Shown one piece after another: positions 18,491 to 27,963 of a stretch of 64,000 bases of DNA. The first letter of the stretch is position 1; each line of letters begins with the position of its first letter. A program made the position numbers and the translations under genes. This stretch comes from a virus, in IMG/VR virus record IMGVR_UViG_3300042317_001497; one strand, 5' to 3'. The notes below the pieces were generated by a model. It saw only the letters and a program-made list of their open reading frames with translations, searched no databases and was not told the origin of the DNA.

Positions 18491-19530
18491 TTACATATTT
18501 TAGAAGTTCTAGCTATAATACTCACAGTATGTGTGAGCAACAATTTTTTGCAGAGTACGTTCTTGGATGGAGAGGTCCAAGTGGACAAAAAGCTGATAAA
18601 GGAACTATTTGTCATAAAGTTTTAGAAATTTTAGCAGTACTAAAACAGGGTTTACAGAATAATCAAGAATTTATAGAAGATGATATCTTAGGAAAATTAA
18701 ATACTCATACATATAGTCTAGATAGTATTATTGAAAAAGTATATAAGCACTATTCAACAGCCAATAGTCATCATAAATGGTCTACTAAAGACTACAAAGA
18801 TTGTCATACCTGGGTTTATAAAGCATTAACATTCAATAATGGTATGTTTGATCCCAGAAATTGTGAGATATTGCAACCAGAGCAACATTTTGATATTACT
18901 ATAAAAAAACCTTGGGCAGCATATTCTTATGATATGGAAGATAACACTAAGCTAGAGGGTTATTTAGCCATCAAAGGAACTATAGACCTAATTACTAAAA
19001 TAGACGATAATACATTAGAGATAGTAGATTATAAAACAGGAAAGCGTTTAGACTGGGCGACTGGAGAAGAAAAGACCCAAGAAAAACTTGAAAAAGATCC
19101 CCAACTTCGTATTTATCATTATGCTGTAAGTAATCTATATCCAGAAATAGATCATGTTATTTTTACTATATATTTTATTAATGACGGTGGACCTTTTAGT
19201 ATTTGTTTCGATAAGTCTGATCTTCCCAAAACAGAAGATATGTTAAGACAAAAATTTGAAATAGTGAAAAATACCAAAAAACCAAGATTGACAAAAAGCT
19301 GGATGTGTAGTAAACTATGTCACTTCGGCAAAACAACGTTCGACAATACTAGTATACAACCTAAAATTGAATATCGTGAAAATCAAAACTGTTCTTTGGG
19401 ATCCACAATGACAAAATGTGAACAAATAAAACACGACATTGAACTTAATGGTATAGATGAAATAACAAGAACATACAAACACCATTCCCATGTTATTGGC
19501 AAATATAAGGCTCCAGGAAGCGTAGAATGA
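18484..19530 (+). CDS. PD-(D/E)XK exonuclease, Cas4/RecB-like
   Basis: KGTICH, GTIDLI...IVDYKTG, QLRIY and Cys cluster (MCEQ...CSKLC...C). The ORF track start is ATG 18445, but a strong SD favours ATT 18484 or ATA 18487. Confidence 0.8.
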   Translation: MIITYFRSSSYNTHSMCEQQFFAEYVLGWRGPSGQKADKGTICHKVLEILAVLKQGLQNNQEFIEDDILGKLNTHTYSLDSIIEKVYKHYSTANSHHKWSTKDYKDCHTWVYKALTFNNGMFDPRNCEILQPEQHFDITIKKPWAAYSYDMEDNTKLEGYLAIKGTIDLITKIDDNTLEIVDYKTGKRLDWATGEEKTQEKLEKDPQLRIYHYAVSNLYPEIDHVIFTIYFINDGGPFSICFDKSDLPKTEDMLRQKFEIVKNTKKPRLTKSWMCSKLCHFGKTTFDNTSIQPKIEYRENQNCSLGSTMTKCEQIKHDIELNGIDEITRTYKHHSHVIGKYKAPGSVE

Positions 19531-21407
19531 AGAATTATTCTGTATTACATTGTCATTCTCATTTCTCTCTATTGGATGGGTTGTCTAAGCCTTCTCAAAT
19601 AGCTGCTAGGTGTCAAGAGATAGGCGTAAGAAGCTGCGCTATTACTGACCACGGAACCATATCGGGATCTGTTCAATTTTATCAGGAAATGGTTAAGAAT
19701 AATATTAAACCGATAATAGGTTGTGAGCTATATATATGCAATCAGGATAGTCATATCAAAACAAAAGAAAATAGCAACCTTAGTCATTTTATAGTATTAG
19801 CCAAAAATCTTGATGGTTGGAAAAATCTAATCAATATAGTTTCAGAATCTAATAATTCAGAAAATTTTTACCATAAGCCAAGATTAGACTTTAAGAAATT
19901 AAAGAATCTGATAAACAATAATAAAAACATAATTGGTTTTTGTGGACACTTAGGGTCTTGTTTATCTGATCTTATAGAAGAGAATCCAAATGACTATTTA
20001 AATAAGTCTATAGACTTTATCGCAGAAATGAAAGAAATTTTTGGCGATGACAATTTTTTCTTAGAAGCACAACTTATGGATATGGAATATAATCATAAGC
20101 AAATTGAAATAACAGACATCATAAGAAATCTTGGTAAAAAAACAAATACCAAAATTATATGCACCCCAGACGCCCATTATGCAAAACAGGAGGATGCTGT
20201 TGATCAAAGAATCTTATTGTGTAACAACCTTAAAACTACACTCGTAAATATCAACAAAAAAATACTTAATAATGAAAGTATTGCTATGGAGTGTTTTTTT
20301 AAATCAGACAATTACTATATAATTAGCCCGGATAGAATGGCCGAATTACATACTCAAGAGGAAATAGAAAATACTCTACTTATAGATAGCATGTGTGAGG
20401 AATATAGTATTCTTAATAAACCAACACTACCAGTATTCGATTGTCCGAATAATCTCTCTCCTGATGAGTATCTTAGAGAACTATGTCGCGTAGGATGGAA
20501 ACAAAAAATTATAAACAATATAAGTATTGAAGATCAGCCAGTATATGTAGATAGGGTAAAATACGAACTAGAGGTTCTACAAGGAGCTGGATTATCCAGT
20601 TATTTTCTAATTGTACAAGATATTGTCAACAAAGTCAGGGAGGAGGGTTGGCTACCCGGTCCAGGCAGAGGCTCTGCTGCTGGTTCTCTGGTCTCTTTTT
20701 TAATTGGTATAACATCCATAGACCCTATCAAGTACAATTTAATTTTCGAAAGATTCTACAATTCTGGTAGAAATACAAAAGACCGAATTTCCATGCCAGA
20801 TATTGATGTGGACGTACCTATTAATAAAAGAGAACAAATTATAGAGTATATAAAAAATAAATACGGCTTAAATAATGTTTCTCAAATGATAACATATAAT
20901 ACTATGAAGGGTAGGGGAGCTTTAAAAGAAGTTTTAAGGGTATATGATAATATAAGTTTTGAAGAAATGAATAGAATTACCAAAAATATTCCTGATGAAG
21001 CTAAAATAGCCGATGAACTACAGGAAATGAAAGAAGATACCGGAGAAGCCAGTATTATACGATGGGCGTTAGAAAATAGTGTTGACAAACTCAAAGAGTG
21101 GTGCTATCTCAATGAAGATGGCTCTTTGTCTGGGCCTCTCGCTAAAAGATTCGAGCAGGCTATACGTTTAGAAGGAACCAAATCTAATCAGTCTAAACAT
21201 GCTGCTGGTGTGGTTATAAGCTTAGAAGACTTATCAAAAGTTTGTCCTATGGTATATGATGCTAGAAATCACCAAAAAATAGCAGGACTCGAAATGCAAG
21301 ACTTAGAAGCTTTAGGGGTAATTAAATTTGATATCCTAGGAGTAGCAATGCTCGACAAGGTAATGAGTATATCAGAAACATTAAGAACGGAGAATTACAA
21401 TGAATAA
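19527..21407 (+). CDS. dnaE: DNA polymerase III alpha (DnaE), N-terminal half: PHP, palm and thumb
   Basis: LHCHSHFSLLDG, AITDHG, GRGSAAGSLV, MPDIDVD, HAAGVVI and KFDILG; stops about 20 aa after KFDILG. Confidence 0.93.
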   Translation: MKNYSVLHCHSHFSLLDGLSKPSQIAARCQEIGVRSCAITDHGTISGSVQFYQEMVKNNIKPIIGCELYICNQDSHIKTKENSNLSHFIVLAKNLDGWKNLINIVSESNNSENFYHKPRLDFKKLKNLINNNKNIIGFCGHLGSCLSDLIEENPNDYLNKSIDFIAEMKEIFGDDNFFLEAQLMDMEYNHKQIEITDIIRNLGKKTNTKIICTPDAHYAKQEDAVDQRILLCNNLKTTLVNINKKILNNESIAMECFFKSDNYYIISPDRMAELHTQEEIENTLLIDSMCEEYSILNKPTLPVFDCPNNLSPDEYLRELCRVGWKQKIINNISIEDQPVYVDRVKYELEVLQGAGLSSYFLIVQDIVNKVREEGWLPGPGRGSAAGSLVSFLIGITSIDPIKYNLIFERFYNSGRNTKDRISMPDIDVDVPINKREQIIEYIKNKYGLNNVSQMITYNTMKGRGALKEVLRVYDNISFEEMNRITKNIPDEAKIADELQEMKEDTGEASIIRWALENSVDKLKEWCYLNEDGSLSGPLAKRFEQAIRLEGTKSNQSKHAAGVVISLEDLSKVCPMVYDARNHQKIAGLEMQDLEALGVIKFDILGVAMLDKVMSISETLRTENYNE

Positions 21408-21579
21408 AAACTTTAGTGAGGTTGCAGTAGGTGCTAATTTTTTTGCAGATGGTATAGAGTATACTAAGACAGACACAGTTAGAATTAGTTGCTGTCAGTC
21501 TATCAATGCTCATATAAAGGGAGATCCTAATAATAGAAAATTTTTCCAAGACTCAACAACGGTGACAGTTAATGCCTAA
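21400..21579 (+). CDS. 59-aa protein between dnaE-N and the exonuclease (below the ORF-track cutoff)
   Basis: MNKNFSEVAVGANFFADGIEYTKTDTVRISCCQSINAHIKGDPNNRKFFQDSTTVTVNA*; GGAG SD upstream; overlaps both neighbours by 8 nt. Confidence 0.6.
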   Translation: MNKNFSEVAVGANFFADGIEYTKTDTVRISCCQSINAHIKGDPNNRKFFQDSTTVTVNA

Positions 21580-22267
21580 TTTCCAAAAAATTTGTGTGTT
21601 CGATCTAGAAACTGATGGTGCTAATCCAGATATTTGTAGTCCTGTTCAGATAGCCTCTTTGATTGTAGATCCTATTAAATTAGAAATTATCAAAGATTCC
21701 GAATTCAATATTAATCTTAAACCAGAAGCCCTTGAGAAAGACGAGAATTATGACTATCACGATAGTGATGTGCTAGATTTTCATGCAAAAGTTAGAAATT
21801 GTTCTAAGGCTTCTATATTGGATTCTTGGAAAAAATATCAAAAACAAGAACAGGGATGGAATATGTTCGTTAAATATTTGGAAATGTATCATACCAGAAC
21901 ATCTAAAAAGTCGTGTTTTTCTGCTCCTATTGCTGCTGGCTATAATATTAACAGATTTGATTTACCTATTGTTCAGAAATTGAGCACCAGATATAATCAC
22001 ACGAATAAAGAAGGAAAGTCTAGTCTCTTTTATCCAAGAGATGTTCTAGATGTGATGAATATGGTATTTTGTTGGTTTGAATCTAATAATGATATTAAAA
22101 ACTATCAATTAGATCATATAAGGGAATATTTAGGTCTGAGCAAAGAAGGTTCTCATGATGCTCTTAAAGATGTTAAAGATACAGCAGAAATTCTAATAAG
22201 ATTCCTGAAACTACATCGCAATGTATCTAAGAAAGTTAAATTTAAAGGGTCTTTTTTAAATGCCTGA
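21572..22267 (+). CDS. dnaQ: DEDDh 3'-5' exonuclease (DnaQ/epsilon-like)
   Basis: ExoI VFDLETDG, ExoII GYNINRFDL, ExoIII HDALKD. Confidence 0.85.
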   Translation: MPNFQKICVFDLETDGANPDICSPVQIASLIVDPIKLEIIKDSEFNINLKPEALEKDENYDYHDSDVLDFHAKVRNCSKASILDSWKKYQKQEQGWNMFVKYLEMYHTRTSKKSCFSAPIAAGYNINRFDLPIVQKLSTRYNHTNKEGKSSLFYPRDVLDVMNMVFCWFESNNDIKNYQLDHIREYLGLSKEGSHDALKDVKDTAEILIRFLKLHRNVSKKVKFKGSFLNA

Positions 22268-23885
22268 TTACTTGACATTTAACTGTGGTTGTAAATTTCC
22301 TGTCTTGAAAGAAAATAATAGTACTAGAATAAATTTTTCTCCTAAAATAGAAGAGATTAACCTATTCTGTTCTAAGACCTGGGATCTTATTTCCTCTGGC
22401 AATACTAAGGGCTGTTTCCAACTAGAATCTAGACTTGGACAGACTATGGCCAAAAAACTGAAACCAGAAAATATTGAGCAATTATCGGCTCTGATTAGTA
22501 TTATGAGACCAGGATCTTTAGAGGCTATTAGAGAAGGAAAATCTGTATCCAATCATTTTATAGACAAAAAGAATGGATTAGAGAGCGTAGATTATTTTCA
22601 TCCTATTTTGGAGGAATCTTTAAAATCTACATATGGAGAAATGATATATCAGGAACAATCTATGCAAATTGCTCAAACAGTTGCTGGCTTCAATCTACAA
22701 GAAGCAGATATGTTGAGAAAGGCAATAGGTAAGAAAAAGCCAGAAGAAATGGCCAAAGTTAAAAAAAGATTTTTGGAAGGAACCAAAGAAAAACAAATAG
22801 TAACACTAGAACAAGCAGAAGAGATTTTCAGCTGGATAGAAAAAAGTCAAAGATATAGTTTTAATAAATCCCATGCTGTAAGTTATGCTATCAATGCATA
22901 TCTATCGGCTTATGCCAAATCTCATTTCCCCAGAGTGTTTTTTGCATCATATCTTAAATTTGCAAAAGATAAGATAGACCCACAGCAAGAAATAAAAGAA
23001 CTAGTTAGAAATGCAAATGAAATGAATATCTTGGTTAAGAATCCAGATTTCAGAAATCTAAATCAATTTTTTATATTGAAAAACAAAGACATTTATTTTG
23101 GTTTGACAGATATTAAAGGGGTGGGTCAATCTGTATACCAGAAAATATTAAATCTATCAGCAGATAAAAAAATCGAAGAACTATCCTGGTATGAGATTGT
23201 ATATCATATACTATTAAATATTAATTCTGTGGCGGCTAAAGCCATGATATCTACTGGTTGTTTTGATTATTTCAAGAAGAATAGAATAGAATTATTATTT
23301 GAATATGAGATATGTGCTATCTTAACAAAAAAAGAGCTAGAGTATTTTATTAGCTCACTATCCCTTAATAAGGACTCTAAGTCTTTAATACTTATATTAG
23401 AATATATGTTGAGTAATTTTAAAATCTTAAAAAAAAGACAAGAAGTCATTCAAAATAGTATTAATGCTCTTAAAAATCCTCCATTTTCTTTAACAGATAA
23501 AATAGAATGGCTATCTGATAGTGAAAGTAGTCTTCTGGGAGTTTCTATTTCTTGTTCTAAACTTGATTCATACGATATTAGTATGTCGAACACAGACTGT
23601 AAAACATTTAAAACATCCTCAATATCTTCCAAAATTATAATTGCCGGAGAAATAACTGGTATTAATATTATTAAAACCAAGACCGGTAAAAATCCTGGTC
23701 AAGAAATGGCTTTTGTTAGTATAGAAGATCAAACAGGCATACTAGATTCAGTAATATTTTTCCCAGAGCAATGGACTAAATATAAAACCCATATATTTGA
23801 AGGAAATATTCTCATTTTTACAGGAAATAGAGCGAAGAGTAAAGACGGATTGATTGTTGATAAATGCTTTGAGCCCATATCCTAA
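22260..23885 (+). CDS. dnaE: DNA polymerase III alpha (DnaE), C-terminal half: fingers, HhH and OB-fold
   Basis: GCFQLES, MRPG, YQEQSMQIA, ADMLRKAIGKKK, YSFNKSHAVSY, FGLTDIKGVG and MAFVSIED. Confidence 0.93.
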   Translation: MPDYLTFNCGCKFPVLKENNSTRINFSPKIEEINLFCSKTWDLISSGNTKGCFQLESRLGQTMAKKLKPENIEQLSALISIMRPGSLEAIREGKSVSNHFIDKKNGLESVDYFHPILEESLKSTYGEMIYQEQSMQIAQTVAGFNLQEADMLRKAIGKKKPEEMAKVKKRFLEGTKEKQIVTLEQAEEIFSWIEKSQRYSFNKSHAVSYAINAYLSAYAKSHFPRVFFASYLKFAKDKIDPQQEIKELVRNANEMNILVKNPDFRNLNQFFILKNKDIYFGLTDIKGVGQSVYQKILNLSADKKIEELSWYEIVYHILLNINSVAAKAMISTGCFDYFKKNRIELLFEYEICAILTKKELEYFISSLSLNKDSKSLILILEYMLSNFKILKKRQEVIQNSINALKNPPFSLTDKIEWLSDSESSLLGVSISCSKLDSYDISMSNTDCKTFKTSSISSKIIIAGEITGINIIKTKTGKNPGQEMAFVSIEDQTGILDSVIFFPEQWTKYKTHIFEGNILIFTGNRAKSKDGLIVDKCFEPIS

Positions 23886-23905
23886 AAATAAAAAGGGCCT
23901 CCGTC

Positions 23906-23933
23906 TTGACATTACTGCTCGTTTAAATATCAT
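23906..23933 (+). promoter_or_regulatory. Sigma70-type promoter of ssb
   Basis: TTGACA (23906-23911), 16-nt spacer, TATCAT (23928-23933); AAGGAG SD at 23966-23971. Confidence 0.7.
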
Positions 23934-23978
23934 AGAGTGTTGCGTTGGATTTGTTTATTTTAACTAAGGAGAATTGAT

Positions 23979-24353
23979 ATGAATATTGCTATTTTAAGAG
24001 GTAATTTGGCCAGAGATGCAGAACTAAGAGTTGTTAATACAGGAGGTAAGCAGACTTCTGTGGTTAATTTTACTATTGCTGTTTCTCGTGAGTATACCAA
24101 GTCTAATGGAGAGAAGGATAAGATTACCTCTTTCATTAATTGCGAAGCTTGGGACAGTGGTGCTGAAATTATTGGTTCTTCTTTCAAGAAGGGCGATTTG
24201 GTTCTAGTAGAGGGATCTCTCAGAAATGATACCTGGGAAAAGGATGGCGTTAAGCATAGTAGCTTAAAAGTTCGAGTTAATAATTTCTCGAAAATCACCA
24301 AGCTTTCTAGGAATAAGCAAACAAATGAAGAAGCAGAGAGCGTGGCTTTCTAA
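23979..24353 (+). CDS. ssb: Single-stranded DNA-binding protein
   Basis: ILRGNLARDAELR...VVNFTIAV...FINCEAW...KKGDLVLVEGSL; acidic tail ending in F. Confidence 0.95.
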   Translation: MNIAILRGNLARDAELRVVNTGGKQTSVVNFTIAVSREYTKSNGEKDKITSFINCEAWDSGAEIIGSSFKKGDLVLVEGSLRNDTWEKDGVKHSSLKVRVNNFSKITKLSRNKQTNEEAESVAF

Positions 24354-24390
24354 TAATTTTGTTCTCAAATAAATTTATCAAAATAAAGAC

Positions 24391-24412
24391 GGGGGCGAAA
24401 GCCCCCTCTTTT
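24391..24412 (+). terminator. Rho-independent terminator after ssb
   Basis: GGGGGC-GAAA-GCCCCC hairpin followed by TCTTTT. Confidence 0.85.
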
Positions 24413-24419
24413 ATATCTT

Positions 24420-26087
24420 ATGCAAAAAGAAAAATTAAAAGTATTGATGTGTTCTGAGGCCAGCTTTATAAAATCTGGATTCGGAGTATATGCAAAAGAG
24501 ATACTTTCTAGGCTACATAAGACAGGTAAATATACTATTGCTGAATTTGCTTCATATGGTTTTGTTAATGATCCAAGAGATAAAGAAATAGATTGGATTT
24601 ATTATGCTAATGCTGTAAAAACAGAGGATCCTAGATATGCTGAGTATATGTCTAGAGGAGATAATCAGTTCGGTCGCTGGAGATTCGAAAAAGTTGTTCT
24701 AGATTTCAAACCAGATGTTGTGATAGATGTTAGAGACTACTGGATGACAGCTTATCAAAAAATATCTCCTGTTAGGAAGTATTTTCATTGGGTTTTAATG
24801 CCAACGGTGGATTCTAAACCGCAACAAGAGGAATGGATAGAAACATTCTTAGATGCTGATGCAATATTTACTTATTCTGATTGGGGTGCAGAAGTACTAA
24901 AGTATCAAACCTCTAATAAAATTAATTATATAGATACGGCCTCACCCGGTGTTGATCTTGGTACGTTCAATATACAAGACAAGAATCAGATTAGACAAAA
25001 ATTCAATCTTCCAACAGACGCCTTTGTAATAGGCTCTGTTATGAGAAATCAAAAAAGAAAACTAATTCCAGAACTATTTAGTAGTTTCAGAAAACTGCTA
25101 GATATTTTAGAAACTAAAGACTATGCTTCTGGAGCACGAACATTTTTGCACCTACACACAAGCTATCCAGATGCTGGCTGGGACATACCAGAGCTGCTTA
25201 AAGAATATAGACTATCGAATAAAGTTTTATTCTCTTATATTTGTCGTAATTGTCAAAATTTGGAATGCAGCGTATTCCAGTCTCCTAATAAAATTTGTAA
25301 ACAATGTTTTCAGAAAACAAGCTTTCTGCCCTCTGTTACCCACGGAGTAAGTACTGCACAATTATCTCAGGTTTATAATAATTTTGATTTATATGTCCAA
25401 TATGCTATTTGTGAAGGATTTGGTATGCCACAAGTTGAGGCAGGAGCCTGTGGTGTACCCGTAATCACTATTGATTACAGTGCTATGTGTGATATTATAG
25501 ATAAGTTAGGGGCTATGAAAGTAAGAACTCAAACACTATTCACAGAGTTAGAGACTAAAGCTTTAAGAGCATATCCTAATAATGACGATATGATCAAGCA
25601 CGTTTTAGATTTTATGAACTTGCCTATTTCTATACAGAATAAAAAGAAAATAGAAACGAGAATTGCTACTGAAAAAAATTATAATTGGGATATAATAGCT
25701 AAAAAATGGGAAAAATATTTAGATAATTTAGATCTATCACAACAAAAATATAAGTGGAATAGTAGAAGCGAAATATTAGAACCTATTATAGATAAAAAAT
25801 CAATAGATCAGTCTAATTATTTTAATAGTTTATTTGAGATAGTGAGTAATAAACTTCACGATTCTGATAATATTGGGTCTTTAAAATATCTAGAATTACT
25901 CAAAAATGCAGATTACGGATTTGTTCAGAATGTTACTAGTATACAACCATATAAATTTACAGATATATATGAACATATTAATATATTGATAGATAATAAT
26001 AATAGGGCAACATCTGTTAGAGAAGAAAATATTTCTTTTGATACAGAAGACTTTATACGGTACGCAAAAATTAAACAATTACAATGA
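24420..26087 (+). CDS. GT-B glycosyltransferase (GT4-like) with Cys4 insertion
   Basis: KVLMCSE...SGFGVY; IGSVMRNQKRK; EX7E motif CEGFGMPQVEAGACGVP; WDIIAKKW; insertion CRNC...C...CKQC. Confidence 0.85.
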   Translation: MQKEKLKVLMCSEASFIKSGFGVYAKEILSRLHKTGKYTIAEFASYGFVNDPRDKEIDWIYYANAVKTEDPRYAEYMSRGDNQFGRWRFEKVVLDFKPDVVIDVRDYWMTAYQKISPVRKYFHWVLMPTVDSKPQQEEWIETFLDADAIFTYSDWGAEVLKYQTSNKINYIDTASPGVDLGTFNIQDKNQIRQKFNLPTDAFVIGSVMRNQKRKLIPELFSSFRKLLDILETKDYASGARTFLHLHTSYPDAGWDIPELLKEYRLSNKVLFSYICRNCQNLECSVFQSPNKICKQCFQKTSFLPSVTHGVSTAQLSQVYNNFDLYVQYAICEGFGMPQVEAGACGVPVITIDYSAMCDIIDKLGAMKVRTQTLFTELETKALRAYPNNDDMIKHVLDFMNLPISIQNKKKIETRIATEKNYNWDIIAKKWEKYLDNLDLSQQKYKWNSRSEILEPIIDKKSIDQSNYFNSLFEIVSNKLHDSDNIGSLKYLELLKNADYGFVQNVTSIQPYKFTDIYEHINILIDNNNRATSVREENISFDTEDFIRYAKIKQLQ

Positions 26088-27088
26088 ATACATTATTTAT
26101 AGGACCAACCACTCAACCAGATAATATTGGTCTAACATCTAGATCATATCTAGAATATATAGAGTTGTCAGAAAAATTTAAAAATCAAATAGTTTCTAGG
26201 CCCATTATATTAGATAGAGGACTCGTAGACCCTCTGTTACCTCCATGTAAATCTCACAACAGGAACTTAGATCAAACAGAGATTTTTATACAAAATTTAC
26301 CACTTGATATGCTGGTATATAACCCTAAATTTTCTAAAAATATAATAATACCAATTTTAGATCATAAAAAAAATGTTAATTCAATACATAAGAGTATTTT
26401 ACAAAAAGCCGATAAGATACTATGTAATAATCCTATTGACTCTGATAAGATATTATCCTGCGGCGTAGATCCCAAAAAAGTATCACTATTTCGAATTCCT
26501 TTTTCTGTAAATCCAGATACAAAAAATAAAAAATTAAATATTGGCATATATAACAATATGTATAAGTTTTATTTTATCGGAGAATATAAAAAAAATATTG
26601 ATATAGTACATAAAATTATTATTTCTTTTTTAAGTACATTTAGAACGAATAATAATATATGTTTGATTCTATGGGTTGCTTTGACAGAACCAGAAAAAAA
26701 TCGTCTGTTTGAGTATTATGAAAATACTAAGAAAAAAATGAAAATTAATAGTGGTATAGACCAGATATTATTTATTCAGAGACCTATAGATTATGCGGAG
26801 ATCGAGATTCTACACAATACAGGTAACACATATTTGGCTCTAAATGATAATTTTTATCCATTTATAGATGAGCAGTATGCTAGCATATATGAATCTAATA
26901 TAATTAGTCGGTCGCAACTTAATAGTACAACAACCCCATATTACGGGGATTCAGATTACTATCCGTCCGATACTTATGAAGATATATGTATAGACAGCTT
27001 GTCTAGAAAAATGATGGATAGGGTTAGCAATCAAAATATGATATATAATAAACAAAAAACTAGAGTGGACTTGCTTTCTATATTATGA
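26084..27088 (+). CDS. Divergent GT-B/GT4-like protein
   Basis: KFYFIGEYKKNI...ISFLSTF...ICLIL...EILHNTGNTY follows the GT4 C-domain pattern, but the EX7E motif is not recognisable. Confidence 0.5.
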   Translation: MNTLFIGPTTQPDNIGLTSRSYLEYIELSEKFKNQIVSRPIILDRGLVDPLLPPCKSHNRNLDQTEIFIQNLPLDMLVYNPKFSKNIIIPILDHKKNVNSIHKSILQKADKILCNNPIDSDKILSCGVDPKKVSLFRIPFSVNPDTKNKKLNIGIYNNMYKFYFIGEYKKNIDIVHKIIISFLSTFRTNNNICLILWVALTEPEKNRLFEYYENTKKKMKINSGIDQILFIQRPIDYAEIEILHNTGNTYLALNDNFYPFIDEQYASIYESNIISRSQLNSTTTPYYGDSDYYPSDTYEDICIDSLSRKMMDRVSNQNMIYNKQKTRVDLLSIL

Positions 27089-27963
27089 GTATTTATTTTC
27101 CAATTTATAATTTAATTAAAAATAGTCAACACTTATCTGATACTAAAAGTATAGACATTCTATATTCAAAGCATAATAGTATTTTTGATATGTGTTTAGA
27201 AGATATTTATAGACTTAGTATCAAAAATATAGATACTGACCAAGATATTAATTATTTTTTAGATTATCATATATACGCTACTAACACACTATTAGAACAT
27301 ATAGACAAAATAAAAACTATTCAAGAATACCATTTAATAGATTGTATCTTTGCCCACGAGCCTCTATCGTTATCTATAAAAAAAGAAGATAAATATCTTA
27401 TATTAGAACAACTAAAGAGAACGCCTATTGTATCAACTAACAATAGAACAAAAAGTTATTTTGAGAATAGTTCTCATTCAATACTATATCACATCCCGTA
27501 TGGTATTCCTGAACACGAATTAAATTCAGGAGATAGGAAACCTATAGTAGTTGTTAATCTTAATAATGATGACCAAACAAACAGGCTTTTTTCATATATA
27601 AAAACACATATTCCAGAAGCAGAAATTATTTCATCTATAAATCAATACTCTACTATAAGTAGTATACTAAGTAAATTAAATGAATATAAAGTTATAATAG
27701 ATACTAAATTAGATATTAATATTTTGTGTGGACTTCTAAGTGGTTGCATAGCCATTACCGCTAATGGAATATCTTACGGAGATAGTATAGAGATCAATAA
27801 GCCGGAAGAAATTATATCTATAGCAAAGACATCTATTCAGGATTATAATATCAATAATAGATTAGCTATTATAGAAACACTTAAAAAAGAACATAATTAT
27901 AGATTATTTACTAATAATTTAATAGAATTAATAGAACAGAAAATATGGAGACCTTACATATGA
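27085..27963 (+). CDS. Divergent glycosyltransferase-like protein
   Basis: HIPYGIP and LNEYKVII...GLLSGCIAIT resemble a GT-B C-domain. Confidence 0.4.
   Translation: MSIYFPIYNLIKNSQHLSDTKSIDILYSKHNSIFDMCLEDIYRLSIKNIDTDQDINYFLDYHIYATNTLLEHIDKIKTIQEYHLIDCIFAHEPLSLSIKKEDKYLILEQLKRTPIVSTNNRTKSYFENSSHSILYHIPYGIPEHELNSGDRKPIVVVNLNNDDQTNRLFSYIKTHIPEAEIISSINQYSTISSILSKLNEYKVIIDTKLDINILCGLLSGCIAITANGISYGDSIEINKPEEIISIAKTSIQDYNINNRLAIIETLKKEHNYRLFTNNLIELIEQKIWRPYI

Noticed and set aside
18484-19530. Cas4-like gene as evidence of a CRISPR-Cas system
   Set aside because: There is no cas1, cas2 or array; the gene sits in a replication operon, as is usual for phage Cas4-like exonucleases.
21300-22400. 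Split intein joining the DnaE halves
   Set aside because: There is no Cys/Ser-initiated intein-N after the N-extein and no His-Asn plus Cys/Ser/Thr junction at the start of DnaE-C; both ends read as polymerase sequence.
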